Positions 1-12,055 of a DNA stretch of 64,000 bases are shown here, in pieces; position 1 is the stretch's first letter, and each line of letters begins with the position of its first letter. This stretch comes from Trichoplax adhaerens (taxonomy: Eukaryota; Animalia; Placozoa). The translations under genes were made by a program, and so were the position numbers. Under the pieces are notes generated by a model. The model did no database searches, was not told the origin of the DNA, and saw only the letters and a list, made by a program, of their open reading frames with translations. Where the stretch lies: positions 2,035,429 through 2,099,428 of the forward strand of contig NW_002060953.1 in NCBI RefSeq assembly GCF_000150275.1, read 5' to 3'.

Positions 1-1799
1 CACCAGCCTTTTATAGTCTCGTCAGAATCTCCTGGTGTACATAAAGTAAAACTATCCTTCTAAACTTATAGTTAGGACGAGCTTACGCATCGTAACACTA
101 ATATATAGACCGTTTTGGAGAAATATGAATAGGTAGAAACTATGGTACTAACAAATAGAGATACAATAGCTGTTGCAGATGAGATACGACTACAGAAAAA
201 TATTGAAATTAATGATAACATATATCATAGCGGCTTAAGCAATATTCAAATCCTTATAAATAAAAGGAAGAGAAATTTAGGTATTATCAATTACAAAATA
301 ATCTATATTGAAAAAGTGGCATGGAAGAAATGTAAATGCGGCTTTTATGAATACGTTACCATCACAACATCAAATAGTCCTAAGCGCTCAATTTGCGTAG
401 AATCTTGAGATTAATTTAATATGCATAGCATCAACCTCCATGGAAATCCAGCATTATTAATAAACTAAGACTTTAGTATAACTTTTGTTTGTAATGAACT
501 TCTTAGTGAATCCGAAATCTCCGGAACTCTGTAGCCTCAAAATGGTTGATAAGTATAAGAAGGAGAAATTGGTTCTGTCTTGTCCAGGAATGGCTAATGA
601 TTGTGACTGGGTCAATATTAAAATCAAAATATGGCATCCGAATAGCACTAAAGTTAGTAACCATAATGAATATTTTTGGGTCCAAAAAATCGTGACCATT
701 ACTGTACTATAACAAAAATAAACATAATTATCATCGTTTACAATTAGCGAAAGTTCGTTAGCCTATAAGGCAAGATGAAATGATGCTAGATGCCATTGTT
801 TTTTATCGAAGGATCCAGATTTATATATCGTTACTCAGTACTCTTGAATAGTTGTCTAAATTCAAAGTAAAACTTATTAATATTTTAAATTAGGAGAGTT
901 TTCGTGCAATATGCGGTAGTCGAACTAACAAGAAATTTAAATTCATACTTTATTACTTTGGAGGCACTTTATTTTATGAATATTCGATCGCTTTATTGTA
1001 GGCTAAGGTATTCTCATATAGCTACACACGCTATCGATCTATCGTAATTATGTCTCAAGATCAAATCCATAAACTTGCAAGGATTATAACATACTTTTGG
1101 CAAGCAAAAGTCGAAAATTTAGCTGGCCTAGAAAGCTCTTACACTACAATACGAAGCTTCAAGCCAGATTTCAGTAAATAAATTTAATTTTTAATATTAT
1201 ATCAATCGCTGTTTTATATGCTATGTAATTGAAGTATTCAAATTATTGGAATGCTGCTAAAATTTATCTTTTATTAAAATAATTTCCTTTACAATTATTA
1301 ACTTTCATTAAGTTGATGGGAGATTGTATTTACCATTTACATGTACCTTACTATAATTTTATGCGCAATCTGAAATTTTCTATGCTAACTGCAAGATCCT
1401 ATACCGTTTATTTTTACCATGATATTAATCGCCTTTTAATATCGTTGCTACGGTAGAAAATAATTACTTCCTTGTAAATTTCATTTCTTGAAAAAACTAA
1501 TCAAATTTATTGAATTCACAGATCCTTCACATACCATAAATACTATAGTCGTCGTTATAGGGACTGTCTTTGGCATTATATTTTTACTTGGTATTTCATG
1601 CATTCTACGCTTTCGCAAACATAGAAAATTAAGTGAGAATAATGTGCATGAATCACATCGTTCTGAATCGCACTATGATGAAATTTCGGTAGCAGAATCA
1701 ATAAATCTCAAAACTCTAAGGTCAGAAAGTCGAATCAGAAATCCAAATGCTTCACCCCACGATATTACATCCGAAATAGGACGCTATTTACAAGGATAG
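1..1799 (+). CDS. 3' part of a single-pass FN3 receptor, paralogue of the gene at 12056-18925; TM helix plus ~60-aa cytoplasmic tail
   Basis: In-frame exons 507-652 (NPKSPELC...LVLSC...), 1002-1173 (YFWQAKVENLAGLESSYT) and 1522-1799 (TM IVVVIGTVFGIIFLLGISCIL, then RFRKHRK, tail with SHYDEI, stop 1799). Tentative upstream exons <1-34 and 281-331. The P-x-x-P-x-x-C...L-x-C motif and the phase 1-0-1 split match the paralogue. Confidence 0.8.
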
Positions 1800-3434
1800 A
1801 TTTAGACCAAATCAGCATGATTATTACTTATGCTTCTTAAATTATCATGATATTTTGGCTTTGCCCAGTTTAATTATTGTTTATAAACTAGGTTAAAGAT
1901 AAACTTATAAAGTTATGCTGATTTTGGTTATCAAATTTAATATTAACAATGGCCTCAATGTAGTAGTCCATAATTATAATTAGCATAAATAATTTTGAAT
2001 AACTGTAATTAAGGGTATTATTAACAAGAACATATTGGTAGCAATATATAACGGAATTAGCGTTGATGGATTTTAAATGGTTATGAATGCAAGAAGTAGT
2101 GCAACTGAAATAACGTCAGTTATTTTTTATGCTTATAGCATCATAAATTTTTCTATTACTTTGTAGCAAAAGATTAAACGCTTCTCAAGTGTAGGCAATC
2201 AAAATATGTTATTTCATGCTACCTATTTGAATTATGTCTCTAGATGAAGCTTAATAATTGGTAAAAATAAATAAATATAAATGAATAACGCATGTAATAT
2301 ATTGAAGAATGGTATTCAAATATAAATATATAAAAATCCGCGCCATACAGTGTAAGATCATTAGAGGTTCTTTAGAATTCATAGTTTAAATAATTAACTA
2401 CTTTTGGCCGAGGTTAAGTAGAGTCATGTTTGAAACATTTAGAAGAGTTATCATTAAGTGATTGGATAACTCGTCTAAACTGGTTTAGTTGATCTTGATC
2501 TAAAACTTTCTATAAATGTGAAATTCAGTCTAGTTGTTAATGAGAAAGTTCATGTTTGCATAGTAATAAAGGTTATTTACCTTACCCAGCTATTGGCTAT
2601 TTTTGAGTCAGACTTCGAATACTGGTTATAGATACGATCTAGTAATTAGACATCTGAGATTTATAAACGCTTAGAAGTTTTGTTAAGTACTTTGGTTTGG
2701 TAAGCTCAATCAATGAAATGATTGAAAAACTTCCTGGCAATCGTTTTTGTAATATTTGTTAGTAGTTCCAGCTATAATAGTAGTTGCTACATTGGCAAAT
2801 TTTTATTTTATTTATAAAGCTGTAACCTCGCAAATATGTATCAAAGCAGAAATTGAAATAAGAATAACATTAAATTAAATTCGCATCATGATTTTCCTAG
2901 ATTTTTACCATTTCAACTGCACAAAACATTTTATTAGTCTTCAAAAGTAACACTATTTTCACGATAACGCGGATAAGACTAGATGATAATCCTTTGCTAA
3001 ATTACTCTACCAAGTATAATAATAAAACACACCACTAGTATATTAAGGAGGCAACTAATGTATTTAAATCGTGATTAGACTTCCCATTATACATATAAGA
3101 TATATTAATGCAGGCTTTGTTTTATTTAATGTCAGGTGTCACAAACTTATGTTGCGAACTACTACACTAAAGTAATAGATTACTTATGCCTTGCTCCACT
3201 ATACCTGGAGATCTGCTGTATGGTAGTTCTTTACTACTTTCGGTCACACACGGATAAGACTGTTCTAAAAGATTAGTATAGTTTTTATTAGTAGAGTAGC
3301 CGAGTACCTTCTCGTACACGATCTAATAAGGAACTCAGGAACTGAGCATTCGCTCGTCCTTTTATACCATTCCACTAAATTTATGGTGCACACATAGTAA
3401 CTTGACAATATAAGATTTACATGATTTGTATACG

Positions 3435-3578
3435 CGATAATCACACGATAAGTGCGCGATAGTCACACGATAAATGCGCGATAATCACACGATAAATGCG
3501 TGATAATCACACGATAAATGCGCGATAATCACACAATAAATGTGCGATAATCGCACGATAAATGCATGATAATCGCGC
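3435..3578. repeat. 22-bp minisatellite (GATAATCACACGATAAATGCGC), ~6.5 copies, made of two related 11-bp halves
   Basis: Tandem copies read directly from the sequence. Confidence 0.95.
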
Positions 3579-4093
3579 GTACGTAGCGGGTGCTAACGTA
3601 TCGCCATTATTAATATCTACTGTATATAGGCTCTACTAATTAATTGCAAATACAATTATGCCTTTTGTCGTCTAGCAATCTAGACATTAATATTCTTAAT
3701 TTCAATTACGCTTACCAATATGATCCATTAGCTAAATACTGACAAAATCTATTTAATTAGCAAGTATAGTGCTTTGCTCCGTAACATCAGGTTATTGCGA
3801 ATATAAAGGTATAGGGATCCAGGATACATCACAAAGCATACTTATTTTTCACAGCATTTAGGTAAAGATTCAATACCCATAATGAGGAAAAGAAAAACTA
3901 TTTTATCGGCCCTGCCCTTTGTTCCATCAAATTCTTATAACGAAGATGACATAGTTATGGCAAGATGATGAATTTAGTCTCATCATTATTCTATTTCGAA
4001 AATTAATGCTTATTAAACTAGAGAGTATTGAAGAATCTTAATATTAATTCATTAATTAAGACGTTCAATGACTGTATGGAAAAACTTTGCCAC

Positions 4094-4740
4094 TGTGACA
4101 GTGTTATATAAAGTATTAGAGTAGAAATATCTATGTTAGGATAATTCTGTTTAGCACATCCTTATTTAGTTAACTTCTAATTTGGATATACTGTGTTTTA
4201 ATATAGGACTGGCTTTATATGACAGTGACATACGTACATATACTGAAATTAACAGTTATAATAGGGAATGCGAATTATCTACTTGTACAGTTCGAATCAT
4301 TGTGATTGCAATTTACTTATGATAGATTGCAAAATTATCGTTTAAATGTTCTGTGATTGGACGTATCTTAATCTGACTATTCTGTATTAGTCATCAGATG
4401 TCTATGTTCGTAAATACTGATGTCTGCATAACGGAGCAGTAGCTTAGATTAATGTCTAATTCAGTGGATGATTCCAAAGTTAATCGTACTAACTATGACT
4501 CATGACTATTGAGGAAGAGTACATAAACGCAATATATCTTGTAATGAAGTTAATTCTTAAACTTAGTGTTTAACGTAAAATACGAGGCGTCTAAGTCTTT
4601 GTATAGTCTGCTAGTAGAGCAAAAGTGTTCCTGATAGTGCAGATATCGTTCCTTGAAGCGTGGTTCAAGGAATTGACTTATTAATCGTACCTTACGTTAT
4701 CCTGTTGCAAAGCTGTTTTTAACAGATACTTAACGAGGCC
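4094..4740 (-). mobile_element. ~640-bp non-coding repeat, inverted relative to 4943-6218
   Basis: 4094-4719 is the diverged reverse complement of ~5441-6068; contains the hairpin TTCCTTGAA-n6-TTCAAGGAA (4649-4672). Confidence 0.65.
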
Positions 4741-4942
4741 TAGCATTAGTTTTAACCGGAAGAGATAATGGCATTTGACACAAAGGTATTTTTAGTCTTA
4801 TTGATAGTAACTTAAAAATTCGAATTTTTGTAATTAATATGATCATTAATCGTTCACATCTAAAGCTGCTATAAATACCTAATGTTTGAGAATATTGCAA
4901 TTCCCAGGTTATCGGTTTACGGAACATCACCGATGCATTCAG

Positions 4943-6218
4943 GGGCCTGCCACAAAACAGCGTTGCAACAAGATAACGTAATATACGATCAATAAGTCAA
5001 TTCCTTGAATCACGTATCAAGGAAAGATATCTGCACTATCACAAGCACTTTTGCTGTACTAGCAGACTACATAAAGGCTTAGATGCCTTGTATTTTACGT
5101 TAAACACTAATATTGAGAATTTTCTTTATTACACGATATACTGCATTTATATACTACTCCGCAATCGTTCATGAGTCATAATTAATACGATTAACATTGG
5201 AATCATTTACTGAATTAGATATTAATTTTATCTACTGCTCCTTTAATGCAGACAACAGTATTTACGAACATAGACATGTAATGACTAATACAGAATAACC
5301 AGGTTACGTTACGTCCTATCACGGAACATTTCCATGATAATTTACAATCTACCATAAGTAAATTACAATCACAATGATTCAAACTGTAAGTAGATGATTG
5401 GCATTCCCTGTTATAACTATTAATTTCAGTATGTGTATGTCACAAAACAGCTTTGCAACAAGATAATGCAATATACGATCAATAAGTCAATTCCTTGAAC
5501 TACGTATCAAGGAACGATATCTGCACTATCACAAACACTTTTGCTCTACTAGCAGACTACACAAAGACTTAAACGTCTCGTATTTTACGTTAAACACTAA
5601 GTTGGAGAATTCACTTTATTTCACGATATACTGCATTTATATACTACTCCTCAATAGTTCATGAGTCATAGTTAATACAATTAACATTAGAATCATTTAC
5701 TGAATTAGATATTAATTTTAGCTACTGCTCCCTTAATGCAGACAACAGTATTTACGAACATAGACATGTAATGACTAATACAGAATAGTCAGACTACGAT
5801 ATGTCCTATCACGGAACATTTCCATGATAATTTACAATCTACCATAAGTAAATTACAATCACAATGATTCGAACTGTAAGCAGATGATTTGCATTCCCTA
5901 TTATAACTATTAATTTCAGTATGTGTATAAGTGTCACTGTCATAAAAAGTCAGTGCTATATTAAAACACAGTATATCCAAATTAGAAGTTAACTAAATAA
6001 GGATAGTCTAGAAGAATTATCCTAACATAGATATTTCTACTGTAATATAGTATATAACACTGTAACAAAGTATAAGTGTCACTGTCATAAATAGCCAGTG
6101 CTATATTAAAACACAGTATATCCAGATTAGAAGTTAACTAAATAAGGATAGTCTAACAGAATTATCCTAACATAGATATTTCTGCTCTAATACAGTATTT
6201 AACACCGTCACAAGGCCC
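4943..6218 (+). mobile_element. Same repeat with internal tandem duplications; candidate non-autonomous DNA transposon
   Basis: Units at ~4951-5440, ~5441-6068 and a partial at ~6069-6213. Ends GGGCCTGCCAC...GTCACAAGGCCC form a short imperfect terminal inverted repeat. No clear TSD and no transposase ORF. Confidence 0.6.
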
Positions 6219-9200
6219 TATTAATTTCGTTATTGATTAAAGCACCCATAATTACAAATAGTTGAGTAAGACGATCCATTTCATTATCCGCGACTACGCA
6301 CTGGAATTTAGCATAAGTTACTATAGGATTTCATTGAAATAAATGCTAACATCCAATTTTTCCAGCATTTAAAATAAACGGCATTTGATTTACTTTTAAC
6401 TCAAAATTGCTAATTTCATAGCTTAAGAAATAAACGACATAATTCACTAACGGAAGAATTATTGGTTTTCTTAAAAGTTTAGAATAGTTTTGGTTGCAGC
6501 GTCTTGGCTATATATCATTATAATAGTTATAGCTACTATACCGTAAAGGAATAAACAATGGAAAAGCAACCAATTATAACGGACAAAATAATTGATTGGA
6601 AACGAATAGCTTATAATGTCCAATACAAAATAAATTTAGGGCAACACCAGTTTACCATCATTTCTAACAAAGAATTATATTCTCAGTTACCATGCAAAAT
6701 TTCAAATTAAGAGAAGCTCAGAAATTATTGCCTTGACCGACCAAACTATTATACTCAACGAGATTTACTTACAATTAGACAAAAATTCTCGTCTATATCT
6801 GCCAAAGCACAATCTTGATGTCGCTTAACTATTTAACTGCAACTTCTTTATAAACAATACTAGGTAGAGTAATTGGTTTCACCAAACAATCAAATTATCT
6901 TTCTAAGCGATCTTAAACAAAACCAGCAATTAAAAACAATGATAAGATAAATTATACCCTAGATTCCTGAATGTAACCGAACCAATATCTTAATTTAACT
7001 ATAAAATGTACCATTAAGTGATATAGAGAATATTGCTATAAAAATTTACCAAGACAAACCAATAATCTTAAATTAGAATCTAGATCAAACTATTTCGACT
7101 CGCGCTGCATTCTATCGTAATTTAACATAGTTTCTTACTGTATTTATAACTGGAATTAGCTGCTAGATTTTAAGAATTACAGTATGAATAGAATACTAAG
7201 TATATAGCTTTACAATTTCACATCGTACTATTTTTAACAACTTTTACATAATTTTGTTAAAATAAAACAGGTAAGATTATACATTACGTTGTGGCAATTG
7301 ATACTTATATTGCTGCAACGAAAATTCTTTGGAATTTTTTTAAATTCGCGTTCATAGTTTAGACGAAGAAGCACTTAATGCAAACTAATTTTTTTATGCC
7401 TGAAGTCACGAATTCCTAAAATGCCTGTTGCAAAAATTGAACTTGTTTTTTACCTATGCTAGCTTATATCTATTTTTAGCCATACCATGATAGAAATTAT
7501 TGAAGAAAACGAGAATATTTTTACGATATTACGATTAAAAAGCGAATTCTGGTTAAATGTATAAACATCTGTACTAAATTACTCCATTATTGCAATATTT
7601 AATGTAATTTTACGTACTGTATTTAGAAGAGAACAGACTTGACTTATTGCTGTAATTTAATATTATTCAGTCATTTCTTACTATTTATATATTTTTCCTA
7701 CAAGTTAATAATGTTGAATAATTAATTACATCGCATACACTATTCGTTTTATTTAGCATAATGGTAAGGATGCAGCAAAAACTGTATATGAAAGATTGCT
7801 CCGATAGAACAGCTCTATAATTTTGGTAAGTGCTGTAAGATAAAAAGTCAGATAGATAATGGAGTTTTAACTTTTTATTGTCATAATTCGAAATTTAAGC
7901 CAATAAAATTTTTTAAAATAATTTAAAAGCTTAAATGTCTTATCCTTTCTAAATTAAAGTTTCCGGAGAAAATATTGTAAGCTTCCGATCAGTGATTACC
8001 GTACGTCTCAAATTCTAGGAATTTGAAAAAATAATGGCATTCTACATCACGATTTGTAATAATAGTCTCATTGCTATTATTCCTAAAGTTCAAGTTCCAT
8101 TCACCTATCGTTTATGTAACTGTATATAAAAAGACTAAATTTGGAGAATATTACAAAATGTAGTTTAGAAAATACCGAAAAAGTTGAGGAAGGATGTAGC
8201 AGCCAGCCCCACCATAAAGCATCATTAAGTTACAGTGAGATAAGTAACTGCTTTTCAGCCACTACCAATAAACATTAAGTATAATCTTTTTACATAATTT
8301 CATTACATCGAATAATAAAATCAAATTTCGCGTGCTTTTAATACATTGATATTAATAGTACTGTTTAATTTTAATCTATTTTATTATTTAAATATCGCCA
8401 TTAAAATTGAGGTTAATTTGTTTAGCAAGGATAAGAATCTTTAAGCACAGATACTATTTACTTTTGATGTAATTGAAATCAAAATTTCAAATTCTTATTC
8501 TTAAACTTCACTATTGATAGTCTATTCTCAATTCGAAAGTATCTGATAAGTTAATAAAGTCAAATCAAGCAATTCTTTTGTAAAATTTCTGAGCAACAAG
8601 AAATTAAAGTCAGTTTAAGAGTAGTTGGAAAATAAAGATTAATGTATGGTAAGAATCTAAATTATCCTGAACTCAAAAAAGTGAACTGGGGTCTATTCTA
8701 AGCTCTACAATCCTTAAATAAATTTTGTTATTGCATTTGCGGAATCAATGTTGCCTACAGCCAGACTTGAGACATTAATTACGCAGAAGAAGTTTCATCA
8801 AATAAATCATCAGTATGTTTTATAATATAAATCAGTATGCTTAAAATAACATTATTTTAATTAATATCCAACAACGTAAATCGCTGGGTATCTTCACCAT
8901 TACAGCATAGCAAACTATGTAAATCTTGCACCGTAATTAGCTTACCAACTAATATTAGCAATCAATAAATTTTAATAAAGTAATTAGTAATCTTCCAATA
9001 CTAACAGCACCATTACATCAATTATTAAAAATTTAGATACTAGGGTTAGTATATCTAACAAAATATAGTCGCAGCTTATAAGTATTGTGATCTAGATCGT
9101 ACACTGTAGTATAACTAGTATAATTACCAACTAATGGGCTTCTATTTATTAATATCATTACTTGTTATTCGGAAGCCAAATTGCCTTCTTTCTTTTTTTA

Positions 9201-10259
9201 ATTAATTTGAAACATGTATTGTATTTACTGAGCTAGGTCAAATAATCTAAATTTTCTTGCTACAGCTTGTAAGTGGACTATAAGAGTGAAATTTCAAACC
9301 TTCTCAAAACATGATTAATGGTAATATACTACTTAATAGTGATGAATCCAGTACTCCATAATATATAAGGCATCATACTTCTTGGTATGTAAATTAATAC
9401 GCTAAGGTAACTTGAATGAATTCACGTTCTATGTGCAAAACAAAACTTAAGAAGTTTATTTATTGTATGAATTACTACTAGCCATTAATTTATGATAAAA
9501 TTTTTGAAATTGAAATCTTTTCAATTTAAGTTTACTTCTATTATTTATCAGGTTATGAATGATTTATAGTGTTGATAAAATTTTTTAAAAGAACTGGTTA
9601 ATCCGATGTTTAGACCAAAAAAACTATTTGTTTACAATTATATCGATTAATTTAATAAAATTTTCTGTAGAATAGTAAGTAATGAGTTTAATGATCAAAT
9701 TTTGAGCTTTCCAGTAGGGTAGTTTATCAATGTTGTGGCAGAAATACTAATTTCTAACTCAGTCTTACAATAAATAGCAACTTCTATTAAAGCAAGAATG
9801 AACATTCTATATCAGTTTGTGACACTTCAAAAGGCATTTACTATAGCTTCCAGCAAAGCACGATTTATAATTATTGAGATAAAAGACTAAAAACCAATTC
9901 TGTTTCAGTTCTGTCAAATTTTTCTTTATATCAACATAATTTGTTTACCTTAATATATCAATTTCTTTAGCACACTTCTAAATGCAGTATATTCTATTGA
10001 TAATACTATTACGTACACATGTTAGAACTAAAGAATTTCAATTTCTCTAGATATCTTGTGCTATAATTCTCATACGTCATAAAATATATTGGTCAGGAAA
10101 AGAAAACAGGATTATTAATAGCGTCTTTTAATTAATATAGAAAGAAGAATTAAAATTTTTGTATCATATAGCTTTTAAGAACAGGTAGAATCAATCTAAC
10201 ACAGCATCTAGAATACATTAGAAGCAAGTTGACTTTTATTAGTAATTTTCCTTACTTCA

Positions 10260-10704
10260 ACGATAAACTACGATACTCAAGTTCTATGTTGCGTTGCTAT
10301 TGACGTATAAAACGCTAATCCAAACTTAATTTGTTTTTGTCACAGAATTTTTCTTAATACTAATTATTAATGATTAATTACCGAAATGCATATTACATTA
10401 ATACCGTAATTGAGCAGAAAATGGAAATACTCATAGAATGTCTTATAAATTAGTTCGAATATTAATGGGCCAGAAAATTATTGTAATTTAATTTCAGCGT
10501 AAACAGGAACAGCTTCTAGTCTTGTTATAAGAAAAAATAGATTTATAGTTGATTGTGTTAACAAATTGTGAACATCTTTATTCTTCTATGTATATCAAGT
10601 TGATTTTTAATATTAAAAATGACATTTTTATTCTCTATTTTACTTTGTTATAGCTTACCCAATGCGGTGTTAGAAAGATTCTGAATCAAATTGCAATCAC
10701 TTAG
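10260..10704 (+). pseudogene. Degenerate duplicate of exons 1-2 of the downstream receptor gene
   Basis: 10654-10704 is a 51-nt AG/GT-bounded copy of exon 12418-12468 (KDSESNCNHL vs EDSGMVCNHL) with an in-frame TAG. CTAATCCAAA|cttaat (~10315-10330) mirrors CTAATCCAAA|gttagt (12107-12122) with a dead donor. The intron sequences are also similar. Confidence 0.75.
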
Positions 10705-12055
10705 GTGAAGATGATAATCTTCTAGTAATAACTAGAAATTCGAAAATAATTTTCTATTATGCGAAATAGTCTACTAAAGTTATAAAATTTATTCTTGCAC
10801 AAAAATAAGTAGAGATAGTAGCGTGATGTTTGATTGCAAATCATACAAGTTTTTTATTAGTATTTACAGATTTATTGTCAAATCATTGAATCTGAATAAA
10901 TTAGTACATTTTTAAATTCTGTTCAAGAACAGTTATTGACTTAAGATACATAGCTACGGCATGGTGTCCATCAATCTTGTCTTATTAAATAATTATAATT
11001 ATTGTTTCTTAAATTATTAGTAGTTATAGACTTACTTGCAAATTTTATTCAGCATATTTTTCATGCTGTATTCAGTTGTGATAGCTCTTGTCAAACATCA
11101 ACATTACCAGCCCTCTAAAAATATTAATCTTGTTCTGAGATGTTATAGCTAAAACAGCATAATATTCTTCCTACTAAATCTTACTTCAGACTAGCTTTGC
11201 AATCTCGACCGGCCACTAGCAGCTTTGGTTGAACTAATAAGATCTTTACGAAATAGCCTCCAACTGCATAAAATCAATTCATCTTGGCTGTACTGACATT
11301 ATGCTGATGTGAAGTAACTTAGTATCGTAATTATAGACTGTAACGGTGATTATTTGCTAGTATACAGATGATTACATACAAAAAAATGTTGAGCTACTAA
11401 TAAGGTTAAAGGTGAAAAATATACCGATGAATAATATGTTAGGATACGTTTAATTCATCGTACTTCGAGTAGTAGGAATACTTTCTCGCAAATACTTTAA
11501 TCGCTTCCATATTGGATTAATGATTTCCAGCTATAAATGGTGTTACTAGTAACAACTTAATTATGTGTAAATGAGGTAAATGTTGCTGTGCTAATTGTAG
11601 CTACGAAGGCTAAGGGAAAGTATATAAACAAAAGACACTTTAGATTATATGATTGTTCTTTTTAGAAGTCTTTCAGTGGTTCTATTAAGCAAGAGTAGTG
11701 TTGTGTGTAGCTAATCTTTCCATTAGATCTATTAAATTTCTAATTTTCTAAAAATTTTAAATTTTTGTGTTCGGATCTTATCGCAGCAAATGATAAAATT
11801 ACTGCTATAGGTATACTTTCACTTCCTTATTGATATTTTTTAATAGAAAATACCCGCTTAGCGGATATGCAATTATTGCAAATATGTGATTTATAGAATT
11901 CTATTCTTGGCATTCTAATAGTAAATAACTGTCAAATATTGTAATAGCATATAAATAGAATATGAATAGAATTCATCGCATTTTCTGAAATTTACCACAA
12001 GGTAGATAACATCTATTGCAGGTGCTTCTTCTTTTCACTATATGGATAAATCAGG

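Larger units (their letters stand above)
2713..8280 (+). pseudogene. Possible decayed third member of the FN3 receptor family
   Basis: Three fragments in the expected order. (1) Signal-peptide-like MK*LKNFLAIVFVIFVSS at 2713. (2) Exon-like 3136-3255, TNLCCELLH*SNRLLMPC...LLYGS, resembling the C...L-x-C...FYGS pattern of the D2 exons. (3) Frameshifted TM/tail-like segment ~8036-8280 (FVIIVSLLLFL...VYKKTK; LSYSEI). All carry stops or frameshifts. Confidence 0.3.

Noticed and set aside
3435-3578. CRISPR-like regular repeats (also considered for the larger arrays)
   Set aside because: No unique spacers, no cas genes, and a eukaryotic context
6483-6546. IVLVAASWLYIIIIVIATIP resembling GPCR TM4
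   Set aside because: Isolated and stop-bounded; hydrophobic runs arise readily in AT-rich DNA
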